This document shows, one piece after another, positions 28,001-39,070 of a stretch of DNA of 64,000 bases. Position 1 is the stretch's first letter. Each line of letters starts with the position of its first letter. The stretch is from Balanoglossus misakiensis. Taxonomy: Eukaryota > Animalia > Hemichordata. The notes beneath the pieces are model-generated. The model had not been told where the DNA came from. It searched no databases and saw only the letters and a program-made list of their open reading frames with translations. The position numbers and the translations under genes were made by a program. The DNA is taken from contig CM082577.2 of assembly GCA_040954595.2 (NCBI GenBank), positions 16,623,903 through 16,687,902 of the forward strand, in the 5' to 3' direction.

Positions 28001-28478
28001 ATTTGATTTGTGAAACCCTGCACCCGATTTCTTCTTAACTACTAGTAAGCAGAATGAACTACGTGTGCTACAAAAGGAAGAATGTAATAAGGTCACAGAG
28101 GGTTCATGGAAGTGACCCACTTAAGTTTTCGATGAGACCAACAAGCTACTGGTATGTATTAAGTAATGTCATGAAAATGTGGCACCTAAGGGAACTTCTC
28201 AAACCAGAGAAAAAGACATCTAAGGAACACAGGGGACCATGTTGCAGAATATTAGGCCTATACTTCACCTTGTACTGCCAATCAACTTCAGACAGTAAAG
28301 TCCGACTCTGCTTTTCCGGAACATGGATTTCCGGCTTTGTGTCTTCAGGGCCTGCTTCTAGCAGCAGAACACTGGTCTTCTTGTCTTCTGATAACCGGTT
28401 TGCGAGAACACAACCCGCGCTTCCAGCACCAATTATAACGTAATCGTACTCGTCATCAGGTCGTTTCATGGCGGCCAT
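22061..28478 (-). CDS. GMC oxidoreductase (glucose/choline dehydrogenase-like), about 15 exons, ~550 aa, apparently intact
   Basis: Approximate exons: 28270-28478 ([21 protein letters not shown]), 27392-27457, 27079-27224 ([26 protein letters not shown]), 26783-26881, 26324-26374, 26112-26238, 25567-25683 ([14 protein letters not shown]), 25156-25249 ([15 protein letters not shown]), 24246-24299 (DH), 23959-24006, 23554-23649 (PDIQ), 23033-23222 (LLHPKSVG), 22890-22944, 22408-22577 ([10 protein letters not shown]), 22061-22191 ([15 protein letters not shown]). Several junctions checked for phase. Confidence 0.9.
24585..25023. mobile_element. Intronic non-autonomous element with long asymmetric hairpins (Crypton-like architecture, tentative)
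   Basis: Inverted pair acctcatgctaa (24587) / ttagcatgaggt (24804); second long stem-loop 24825-25020 centred on ccctcggcctgcggcctcggg. Confidence 0.55.
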
Positions 28479-28629
28479 GTTGAATGCCGAGAATCAAACA
28501 ATCGGCGAACTCGCGCAATGACTACTATGTAAATGTATGGTCTCAGCCAATCAAGAACACGGAATAAAGCGTGGGGTGTAATAAAGTCCTTTATTGGCGA
28601 TGGCGAAGTTACACTACTAGTAAGAAACA

Positions 28630-29543
28630 TAATTCATATAAGACAGATGTGATTCAGTTTTCGTCACGTCTGAGATCAGATGCGGTGAAAATTTCCAGCC
28701 TTAGGATAGGCGAGTGTGATATAGCCCCGTCGACTTCAGTTCGCAATCTTGGTGTTAAGCTCAACAACGACGGTTCCGCTTCTGATCATATTAGTCATGT
28801 CTGCAGGAAAGGTTTCTACGCACTATCTAGAATTGGCAAGATCCGCCCATTATTGGACAAACATACAATGATGGTTCATGCATTCATTACGTCTCAGCTT
28901 GATTATTGTAATAGTCTCCTGTATGGTATTAATAAGGCTCAGCTGGATCGCCTACAATCGCTTCAAAATGCTGCGGCTCGTCTCGTCTCCCGGACTCGGA
29001 AGTTCGATCATATCACACCTGTTCTCATTGATCTGCACTGGCTGCCGGTTGATGCTCGCATCAAATTCAAAATTTTGTTAACTACCTATAAAATCATTTA
29101 TCGCTTTGCACCACTTTATTTAATCGATTTGCTTGAAATTTACACCCCTGTCAGAGATCTCAGATCAGCTGACTCTTTGCGGTTGGTGCCACCTCGTGGA
29201 AACTTTAATAAGGCATATGGGCAGAGAGCATTCTCTGTTTGTACTGTGCACCTGCTCTGTGGAATTCGCTGCCGCCTATGATTCGCAACGCCAGATCTGT
29301 TGACTGTTTTAAACGCCGTTTAAAAACTCATCTTTTCAATCATATTTGTGATCGAATTTTTTAGGATCATCTTCTGTATGTTTTTTTTAGACGGACTTTT
29401 AATTGGGAATTTAATTGAGACTTTTTAATTTTTCTGCTGCTTTTATGATTCTTTTATCACCGTCTTTTGTAACTCGCACTGAGACGTATGTGTAGTGCGT
29501 GTAAGAAATAAATATTATTATTATTATCATTATTATTATTATT
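28630..29543 (+). mobile_element. 3' fragment of an L2/CR1-group LINE with (TAT)n tail
   Basis: ORF 28571-29281: VRNLGV, HAFITSQLDYCNSLLYG, LQNAAARLV, DHITPVLIDLHWLP; AATAAA followed by tattattat... at 29507-29543. Confidence 0.9.
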
Positions 29544-29785
29544 TAAGTGTTTACATTCCAGCTATGTCAGCTCGGTTGCCTTGTTGTTTTCTTGATTACC
29601 CGTTACATGCTTTCTTTGATAAGGTCCGCTGCCTTTTCAGCGATCATAATGACTGGTGCATTTGCTTTGCCAGAGGTCAGGTGTGGCATGATGGAAGCAT
29701 CCACCACACGGACGTTGTCCAGTCCTCGAACTCTGAAACAGAAAACATTTTTAAAAGCTTCATGTATAATGAATGGTAAAAGTCA

Positions 29786-32700
29786 TGCCGTTAATCAGAA
29801 TTTTTGGTAAGGAAGGTTTGAGAAGTCCATACTATGTAAAAAATGGTGCCGATTCCAAAAAAGTCAGTCTTTTTTACCCCACTCAAGACAAAATTGCCAT
29901 TTTGGCCATTTTTAACCCAAAAAAGGTCATTTTAGAAAACATTAAAAACACACTGGGATTTGATGACATATGATATGTTTATTCTATGTAAAATTTGGTG
30001 AATAATACGAAAAAAGCAGTCAGATTGACCCAAAACAACACAAAATTGCCTTTTTGACCATTTTTTGCCCCAAAAACGTCATTTTTAGAAAAAAATTAAA
30101 ACACACTGTTTTCTTCATAATGATTTATCTGGTGATATATAGAAAGTCAATTCTATGTTAAAAGTGGTGACTTTAAAAAGTAAAGCAGTTTTTTTACCTC
30201 AATCAATACAAAAATGCCATTTTTGGCCACTTTTTGAGGTCAAAAAAGGTCATTTTTACAAAAAAAACTAAAAACAAATTGTTTTCTTCATATTCAGAGA
30301 TCATTTGATATGAAATGTTCATTCTACGTAAAAAATGCTGATTCCAGAAATAGCAGTCTTATTGACCCTATTCAAGAAAAAATGCCATTTTTGACACTAT
30401 TTGCCCAAAAAACGTCATTTTTAGAAAAACACTCAAAACTTATATATTTTCTTCACTTTCGGAGATCTGATAATATGAGGTTATCGCCCCATATCACCTC
30501 TTGTTGGGCCATATTTGCCGCGAGTGTGGGTTGTGAGCCGCATCACACGAGTCGAAGAAATTAGAAAAAAAAATTAAAAACAAACTTTTCTTCATAAAGT
30601 TCAGAGATCATGTGATATATGAAATGTTCATTCTATGTAAAAAATGGTGCTAATTCCGGAAATACCAGTCTTATTGACCCTCCTCAAGACAAAACTGCCA
30701 TTTTTGACACGTTTTGCCCAAAACGTCATTTCTAGAAAACACTCAAAACTTACATATTTTCTTCACTTTCGGAGATCTGATAATGTATTAAATGCCCACA
30801 CTTCGTGTGAACAATTTCCAAAAAAGCAGTTTTATTGATGCCACTCTAGATAAAAGCGCTTTTTTGGCAAGTTTTTGCCCAAAAAGCCACTTTTCGAAAA
30901 TCATTAAAAACAAACTGTTTTCTTCTTATTCGGAGATTCTATGATGTGTGAAAAGTACATTTTATGTAAAATAGGTGTTGTTTCCAGAAATGCAGTCTTA
31001 ATGACCTCAGACATGATGAAATCGCCTTCTTGGCTAAGTTTTGCACAAAATTTTTATTTTTAAGAATATATTAATAGCATTCTCTTTTCTTCACTTTCGG
31101 TGATCTTATTATAAATAAAAGCCCATTCTATATTGAACCGTGGGTACTGTTCCCAAAACGGAAGTCTTACTTACCCTATTCAATAGAAAATTGTCATTTC
31201 GGCCACTTTTTGGTCAAAAATGTTCATTAAAAACAAACATACTAAAGACAAACTGTTTTCTTCATATTCAGAGATCTGATCATGTATGAAAAGTCCATTC
31301 TGTGTGAAATTTTAGCAATAATGGACGACGCCCTGACCATTAACGTTTGTTTATGGGCAAGGGCGAGGGGAAAGCCAAAAAATTCATGGGCGGGGCTTCG
31401 GCATGAATTTTGGCTTTCCTCGAGCCCGCGCCCATAAACAAACGTTAATGGTCAGGGCGGAGTGGGTTATTTCCATTATATTACCAACGAAGTCAAGAAA
31501 ACCGTCCAAATTTACGAAAATGACCCACTAGGGGCCCCGGAACTTGTGTTACGCAAAGTGTTGCATTCACTGACCTGTTTGCTAATATTACTATTCAGAT
31601 TTACAGGCGTGTAAACAAACCATTACTGAGTATTTGTGGTCAGTGACGTCGTCAATCTCGACCAATGAAAATGCGACGCACAGGCCATGGTAATATAATT
31701 GGTAGCTATTCCAAAAACGGCAGTCTAGTTGGCCCCACTCTAGTCAAAATTGCCTTTTTGGCTATTTGTATCCAAAAATAGATCTAGTCAAGAAAAAATT
31801 ATCCTTTTAGCCATTTTGTACCGAAAAAATGTTTGTATTTGGAGTTTTTGCAAAATTAGCCCAAGTTGAACTCATAATAATGATGAAACAGCGTCGAGAG
31901 AAAAAGAAGTTACCAATTGAACAAAACTCTGGTATCAGCATATTTTTTGCAAAAAAAAGAGGAATTTCCATAATCACAAGAGCTCTTTGTTAAGAATATG
32001 AAGAAATAAGTTTGTTTTTATTCTTTCTCACAGTTACCTTTTTGAGCAAAGAGGCCAAAATGGTACTTTTTCCCTCTGTGGGGTCAGTGAGAGTGGGGGT
32101 TTTAAATGTCACTACTTTCAAGATAGAATAGACTTTTATTTATCATTAGATCACCAATGGGAAGAAAATGGCATATTTGTAGTATTTTCTAGAAATGACA
32201 CTTTTTGGGCAAAAACTTGTCAAAAAAGCGCTTTTATCTTAAGTGGCATCAATAAAACTGCTTTTTTGGAAATTGTTCACATAGAGTTGGCATGTAATAC
32301 ATTATCAGATCTCCGAAAGTGAAGAAAATATGTAAGCTTTGGGTGTTTTCTAGAAATGACGTTTTGGGCAAAAAGAGTCAAAAATGGCAGTTTTGTCTTG
32401 AGTAGGGTCAATAAGATTGGTATTTCTGGAATGAGCACCATTTTTTACATAGAATGAACATTTCATATATCACATGATCTTTGAACTTAATGAAGAAAAG
32501 TTTGTTTTTAATTTTTTTCTAAACATGGCCTTCTTGGGAAAGGCATTTTTGCATTAGGTTGGTTCAATAAATCTTCTTTTTTTGGAATAATCACCAAATT
32601 TTAGATAGGGCGGGCATATAAAACATTATCAGATCTCCGAAAGTTAAAAAAATATATAAGTTTTGAGTGTTTTTCAAAAATTGACGTTTTTGGGCAAAAA

Positions 32701-33323
32701 GTGGCAAAAATGGCATTTTTTCTTGAGTAGGGTCAATAAGACTGCTATTTCTGGAATCAGCACCATTTTTTACATAGAATGAACATTTCATATATCAAAT
32801 GATCTTTGAATATGAAGAAAACAATTTGTTTTTAGTTTTTTTTGTAAAAATGACCTTTTTTGACCTTAAAAAGTGGCCAAAAATGGCATTTTTGTATTGA
32901 TTGAGGTCAAAAAACTGCTTTACTTTTTAAAGTCACCACTTTTAACATAGAATTGACTTTCCGTATATCACCAGATAAATCATTATGAATAAAACCGTGT
33001 GTTTTAATTTTTCTTCTAAAAATGACGTTTTTTGGGCAAAAAAATGGTCAAAAAGGCAATTTTGTGTTGTTATTCACCAAATTTTACATAGAATGAACAT
33101 ATCATATGTCATTAAATCTCAGAATGACACGAAAACAGTGTGTTTTTAGTGTTTTCTAAACATGACTTTTTTGGGGTTAAAAATGGCCAAAATGGCAATT
33201 TTTTCTTGACAATTTTGTCTTGAGTGGGGTCAATAAGACTGACTTTTTTGGAATCAGCACCATTTTTTGTTACATAGAATGGACTTCTCAAACCTTCCTT
33301 ACTAAAAATTCTGATTTACGGCA
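29786..33323. mobile_element. Foldback-type non-autonomous element with >1 kb modular inverted arms
   Basis: tgccgttaatcagaatttttggtaaggaaggtttgagaagtcc... mirrors ...ggacttctcaaaccttccttactaaaaattctgatttacggca. Arms (~29786-30900 vs ~32190-33323) are built of ~125 bp AT-rich subrepeats. No ORF. Confidence 0.85.
31313..31699. mobile_element. Long-hairpin non-autonomous element nested in the foldback
   Basis: Stem cgccctgaccattaacgtttgtttatgggc ... gcccataaacaaacgttaatggtcagggcg; second inverted pair attatattacca / tggtaatataat; GC-richer than the surrounding arms. Confidence 0.6.
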
Positions 33324-34799
33324 CCTATCTCCTAGGGTAAACCAGCAAATGTAAACGAGCAAATTCTGTATATGCCTATTTTAACCAGATTTGCCCTCTT
33401 TCCATTACTCAGTCCAGTCTGTTTCACTGATTATCTGCATCACAGTGCCTCCCGTTGTTTCTCCGGTGTGTCTCTGTCTGTCTATCTTGTCCTGTCATCA
33501 TCTTCTGCATTTAAATTCAATAAAACTCACCCGTAACCCTCCATTGCCTTCGTATTCATCAGCTTCTGAATAACACGAACGCTCTATCGAATGAAAGGAA
33601 AACAGTTTAATCAGTAGAAGGGGTCGTTTGTTCAAAACCTATTTTTCATATGTATCTCGGTGAGCGTCAATTATCACTTTTAACAATGGAGATGGTGTTT
33701 CTGACGTTATGGCAAAAAACATCCATTTTTAAATCAAAAGCGTAAGTTTCCTTTGAAATGAGTCTAACTGTTATGAATATGTACCCTATAATCATAGCTT
33801 GAACGTCTTCTTGATCTTCCAAGTAATGGGGATTAATTATGGGATGGTCCAGTGGATTTTGACTGGCAAGTTTGATGTCGCCAACACTTTTGGGATGAAG
33901 AAGTCCTGGAAAGAAAAGTATCCCCTCTGTGGCATTCATGACATCATTGTCAGTATGCTCAAGAGCATTGCCAAAACTGGCAGGAAAAGTTGAAACAAAG
34001 GTATTGAAGATATTGAAAAAAAAATCATAACAAATTATATCACATGTACAGTACTGCAGTGATTATTTACGAAACTACATACAAACATACACACAGAATT
34101 CAGTTGACTTATAACCACATCATATTTCAACATGTGTTTGATATTGTTCGACATAAGTCAGTGTGTACATTTTTATTTGCTTTGGTTTTAAATCTTTATT
34201 AGTCAATTTGCAAGAGTACATTGTAGTGTAGCTGCCTCTCAGTTCATCAAAGATTCTTTATCCTGGTTTACATTCCGCATTTGAAACAACCTCAAAACCA
34301 ATTTGGTATATAAAGGGATGCTTTCATTTCCTTTTTTCTGCTTAGTTTCTAATGAAATATTTATGAAGTTAAATATTCGCAAAAAGCAACGACGTAGGCG
34401 ATACTCACTCCTCGCTGATGTTGTATTTTGTCTTTTCACGACAACCACCCCAGTAGTACGTCGGCACGTAGAGTAACTGTATGTCAGGCCAGGGAAGTTC
34501 TTCCTGTTTTGTTGATCAAAAATATAGGCGAAATGCAGTCAGTGTGTATACATTTTTAAAAGTTGCGCTCATCAAAGAGAACGTTATAAGGCACGCACAA
34601 AATGGGACAAACATGATAAAACGTGTTAGAGATACGGACTTTACAGATATCTGATACTTTTTTATAACAGCTTGCAAATTAGCCTATTTGAAATTTTGCA
34701 ATTAGCAATATAAGTCCAGGTTTGCAAAACAAAAATTACATTAAATAAATATATCAGTGTATCGAGAGAAGCATTGTAATGTCAAATTACTCCTCTGAG

Positions 34800-36050
34800 C
34801 TGTAGGCTTTCTGCTAGTGATGTCTTGATCAGACTGATCTGTGCACCAGAATCTAACCGTACATTGGCGGCCTACTGTCTACCTTGGTTACCAATCACGT
34901 TCACTAGAACGACTGGCAGTAGCGTCTCTTTGCTGTATATGGTTGCCACGCCAACAGTGTTGTTGTCTGACCTAGCTGCAGTGACAGATTTTTACCAGTA
35001 TGTAGCGGGGGATGGTGGAACAGGTTACATCGCATACCATTGTTCATTTCTTGACATTGACGGCGTCTAGTACAGGTTTTTGCACTGGGTTCTTACCGGC
35101 TTTCTTCAGACAGCTGTAACATGCATGACCATCTTTTATCATCTTCAACCGTTCATCCGGAGACATATACATCAACTTGCTACATTGGTCTACCCAGTGA
35201 TCGGAAGACTGGCATATCCAACACTTGTAATGCGGTGTAGCTTTGCTCTCTGATATGTAGTTGACTGCTGTCATTCCTGTATTTTGAGCTAGATTACGTA
35301 ATTGCGCAGTTGCTCTCATAAGTGCTTCCATAGTTGCAGGCTGGTTTTAAGTTTCTTGTAAGTGACACCAAACTTTTCGGTCATCAGCACTCATTTCTTT
35401 TTTCATCATTGCCAGAACATGATTATTGTCAATATCATGTGATATGACTACTTCTTTCAATACATTGTAACTGCATCTCACCAGATGTACCAATTCACAA
35501 AAGCTACCGTCTTCTTCATCTCTTAACGTCTTGAAGTTCACAATATCTTGCAATATAATATCCGCTACAAACCTTGAATCACCGTAGATCGAGTCAAGGT
35601 ATTCCCATGCAGCATCATAATCTGTGCCTAAGCCTTTGATCAGGTCAAGTGGTTTACCTTGCAAACAGGTGCGCAGCAGTGCAACAGCATCACGTTTACT
35701 GTATCTTTGTCAACCGTGTGCTTGAAATCAGCTCGAATGTGAAAAATTCTCGGACATCACCTGTAAACTTCGGAAGTTTTTGGCTTTTCCATTTTAAAAC
35801 TGCAAGACAGGTGGCGCTTAGCGGACAGTTCAGCATGTTGTACAATCACATAATCATCATGTCCAGTATTATCTGTTGCAGGGTTTGGGGTACTAACAAC
35901 ATTATTTTCAATCATTTCATCTGCACCATCATTCTCATTGATGTCTCAGCATTAGCATTCACTACATCACCAGTGTTCATTGTGACTTCTGTTTTCATGT
36001 AATCTATTGCTTGACTTTTCATACTTATGAATTTCTGTTGGCATTCTTAG
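34800..36050 (-). mobile_element. BEL/Pao LTR retrotransposon relic (gag + start of protease)
   Basis: LPKFTGDVREF near 35750-35780 (DUF1759-like), AWEYLDSIYG, knuckles CWICQSSDHWVDQC and CYSCLKK, LLPVVLVNV..LDSGAQISLI near 34825-34930; frameshifted. Confidence 0.8.
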
Positions 36051-36394
36051 CACTCTTAACTTTAATTGCCTGAAGAAACCATTGACTATCAACCATGAGA
36101 AGCATGAAATAAGAACTCAATCACTCCAAAAAGTTTTTCACATTAATGTTTATATCGACTGATTCGGTGAAACATTGGAATTATCTATGCCTTATACCAC
36201 TGTGAGATTTCGCAGTGGTTTGAGTAACGGGCGACTCAACCTCACTATTATGATGTCACGCTCTCACTATTTAGCAAATCAGTGTTTCACGTTTCAGTAC
36301 GACTGTTGATGTATAATAATACAGAAAATTTCCCGTGAGATCGTTCGATTTTTCGTTCTCTTGCTTAAGCATTCCTTCTGTTATACAAGTACAT

Positions 36395-36930
36395 TTAATC
36401 CTTTGAAAAAAAACCTAACTTTGTGGAACCAGTAATACTTCTCAAACCCATCCCCAACAGTATGTGTTTAGTTGGTTTCACTGTTCCACGAGTAAGTTTG
36501 TAAATGTCATCTTCGGCTGATGATTCAATATACCTCTCAACCTTCTGACTGGCCTCCTCCTTCGAGCCAGTGTACATAATCCTATAAAACTGTCAGGATT
36601 CAGCAGGTATATTTGGGAGTTCATTCTCACAGAGTTTCTGGATCTTTTGTCCGAGGAACAAAGCAACACTTTGTAGTTCAATTTCCATAGCATCCTTTGC
36701 AATAGAGAGATAAGTACATGTACCTGCTTCTTACTTTCTTGGTCAAGCCGAAGCATGCTTCCATCGACTTTTTTTTTAATTTTTGACAAATGTGGTATGG
36801 CTCTGGGTTGGGCTCTTCCAAGCCTTCTTGTTTGAGAAATTCAATGTATGTTTTATTGTCACCAACCAATTTATTTGGGGAGTCTTCCAAACAGACTACA
36901 CAGTTTATATATGACAGTAATCTTAGCAAA
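36395..36930 (-). pseudogene. Fragment of a large DNA-transposon protein (Academ-like, tentative)
   Basis: IYKLTRGTVKPTKHILLGMGLRSITGS motif recalled from large invertebrate transposon ORFs; broken frames. Confidence 0.35.
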
Positions 36931-37017
36931 GCATTTTATCTATATCCTTTGTGACCATCTCGTTTACTTGCGCCTGATCCCTTAATATACCTTGTTCTGC
37001 GTGTATTGTGGTATTTG

Positions 37018-37389
37018 ACTCCCTTAGCTATGAAATCAATATGTCCAAATTCTCTCTTGTTGCTCTTTTTCCATTAGTTATGTTTGATACAAGACACCGT
37101 TTATGTTATTCTACATGTGGATATATAGTGAATCAACGTTCGACCACACACACTTTCCATCCAACTAGTAGACACGAGAGTGAAAAACCCACCAAAATGA
37201 ATAATCGGTGTTTACCTTTTATTCATTTTGGCGAGATTTCTACTCTCATATCCTACAAATGGGATGGAAGTTGTGTGTGGTCGAACGTTGATTCACTAAA
37301 TATCCACATGTAGAATAACATAAACAGTGTCTTGTATCAAACATAATTAATGGAAAGGGGGAAGCGAGAGAGAGACTTTTTCCCTTTAA
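37018..37389. mobile_element. Kolobok-type palindromic MITE (same family as 45577-45712 and 58530-58877)
   Basis: Long inverted arms (ccattagttatgtttgatacaagacacc... / ...gtgtcttgtatcaaacataattaatgg); ends ccct|ttaa. Confidence 0.7.
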
Positions 37390-37796
37390 CACACCCTATT
37401 AGATAGTCAGCTATTGTTATTGTGTAAGATTTGAATTCAAGTCCGGACCAAAACTTATTTGTCAACAATAACAATGGTCGTCATACACTTACCGGTACAG
37501 GCTTTGTCGACAAGCAAAGTACTGGGTATATTTGCATGTTGTTTTGAGTAGAACAAGAAATTGCATTTGGTGCAGAGAACAAAAATACTGAAAATAAAGT
37601 CAGAACAGTTACATGTAATGTCTCTAAACTATTTTCCTATAGTAGTGTAGTTGTGATATTATCTCTACATATTAAACAAACAGCTTGTGAGTGTTTAACA
37701 CCAAATGTAGACGACTTCATGTCATATGAAATGATAAGTGGTGATCCATTGGTCTTTGGAACAACCATTGCCTACTCATCCAGCTACAGTCTGACT

Positions 37797-38053
37797 GGCT
37801 ACATTTGGTGAAAATATTTTGGCATAATTGTGCACTTTGGGTTAAAAGCATGAAACTTGGTACACTTATGCATTGACCCATGGCGGCTATTTTCTGATAC
37901 GGATCCAAAATGACAGCGCCCTCTAGTGGCCAGAAACATACATTCGTACTTTAAAATCGTGCACTTCAGGTTAAAAGCATGAAATTTGGTACAATTATTC
38001 ATTGACCCATGGCGGACATTTTCAAATATGGATCCCAAATACATCGCCCTCTA
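37797..38053. repeat. Short interspersed element fragment with ~120 bp internal duplication
   Basis: gtgcactt..ggttaaaagcatgaaa..tggtaca..cattgacccatggcgg..atggatcc..cgccctcta occurs twice. Confidence 0.6.
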
Positions 38054-38180
38054 TCGCAATATTTCAACAGGATTCTGTATGCCTTTGTCTTGACAATACT
38101 TAAGTGTGTTCTCTACAATATCATCAACAGTAGTATTTGCTTCATCTTCGCTTACTTCGATCTTAGCTGAGATAGATGCC
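38054..38180 (-). pseudogene. Isolated exon of a G2E3-like HECT gene
   Basis: tttcaaag|ASISAKIEVSE..VDDIVENTLKYCQDKGIQNPVEILR resembles IVEDTVNFSRHNGDPVEVLR in the 2158 bp repeat. Confidence 0.55.
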
Positions 38181-38672
38181 TTTGAAAAAAAATAGAATGC
38201 ACAACAGTGTATACTGCAAGTAATGGTAAAGGTTTTTAAAAGTGACTGCCAATATGAATACATCACGCCATAGCCAACATCAAACAATGCGCAACTGTGA
38301 GAGTGGCAGAGCTACAGACCATTTGTCTGCTTTGAGCCAATCGGCATTCACACTTTTCCCGCTTTTTAGAGGATTATATTTGGACATGACTAGTCTCGCA
38401 ATCTGTGACACTTTCTGCCAACCAATAAACCGATTTGTATCATCAAAGAAAATTGAAAAAGAGATAAATATGCAGCTAAGTGTCAATTTTCAAATGGTTT
38501 CTTCATGTTGACCTAACTGTTGATTTGAATATACCCCAACATGTCAACAAACAAACATGACCATATTTGTTTGTTTATTATGTCATTATAATATGCTTGG
38601 TGTGAATCCAGCTCGCTGATTGGCTTGACCCAGGTTTTATATTCTCGACAAGAAGACCCGACCCTGAACAGT

Positions 38673-38978
38673 TAATTCTTTATACTATCAATCACGTGAT
38701 CTGGCCATGTGACTAACGGCGTTGTCATTTTCAGATGACGAGCAAGCAATATTTCGGCATCCAGTAAAAGTTTTTCCGCGTATGTTTTTACTTTAGAACC
38801 GCCAAACACGTAATATGTATCAGGTATGGTGCCTCACCAGCCTCGTTGCATTTCATCTGCACAGTCTTTGTCAGCACCACGTAAGTCCACGTTGCTGAAT
38901 TTGCCCGTCATCTGGAAATTTGAATGCGAACGTAACTGCCGCCTGAGCGCGTCTGACGTTATTTGATAGCGAAGAATT
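38673..38978. mobile_element. ~300 bp internally deleted derivative (MITE) of the adjacent YqaJ-carrying element
   Basis: 5' part aattcttt.actatcaatcacgtgatctgg.catgtgac...tagaaccg duplicates 38973-39120; the other end ttgatagcgaagaatt and tttgcccgtcatctggaaa are inverted copies of the same terminal motifs. Confidence 0.65.
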
Positions 38979-39070
38979 CTTTACTATCAATCACGTGATC
39001 TGGTCATGTGACCTGTTTCCAGATGACGGGCAAATGCATATGGCCCGTTTCTAGGTGACGGGCAAACAAC

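Larger units (their letters stand above)
29602..34503 (-). pseudogene. Second GMC oxidoreductase paralog, 3' exons only (34410-34503, 33785-33978, 33531-33585, 29602-29733)
   Basis: [37 protein letters not shown] and [31 protein letters not shown] match copy 1, and the introns are also similar. The [10 protein letters not shown] exon and all 5' exons are not found. Confidence 0.85.
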
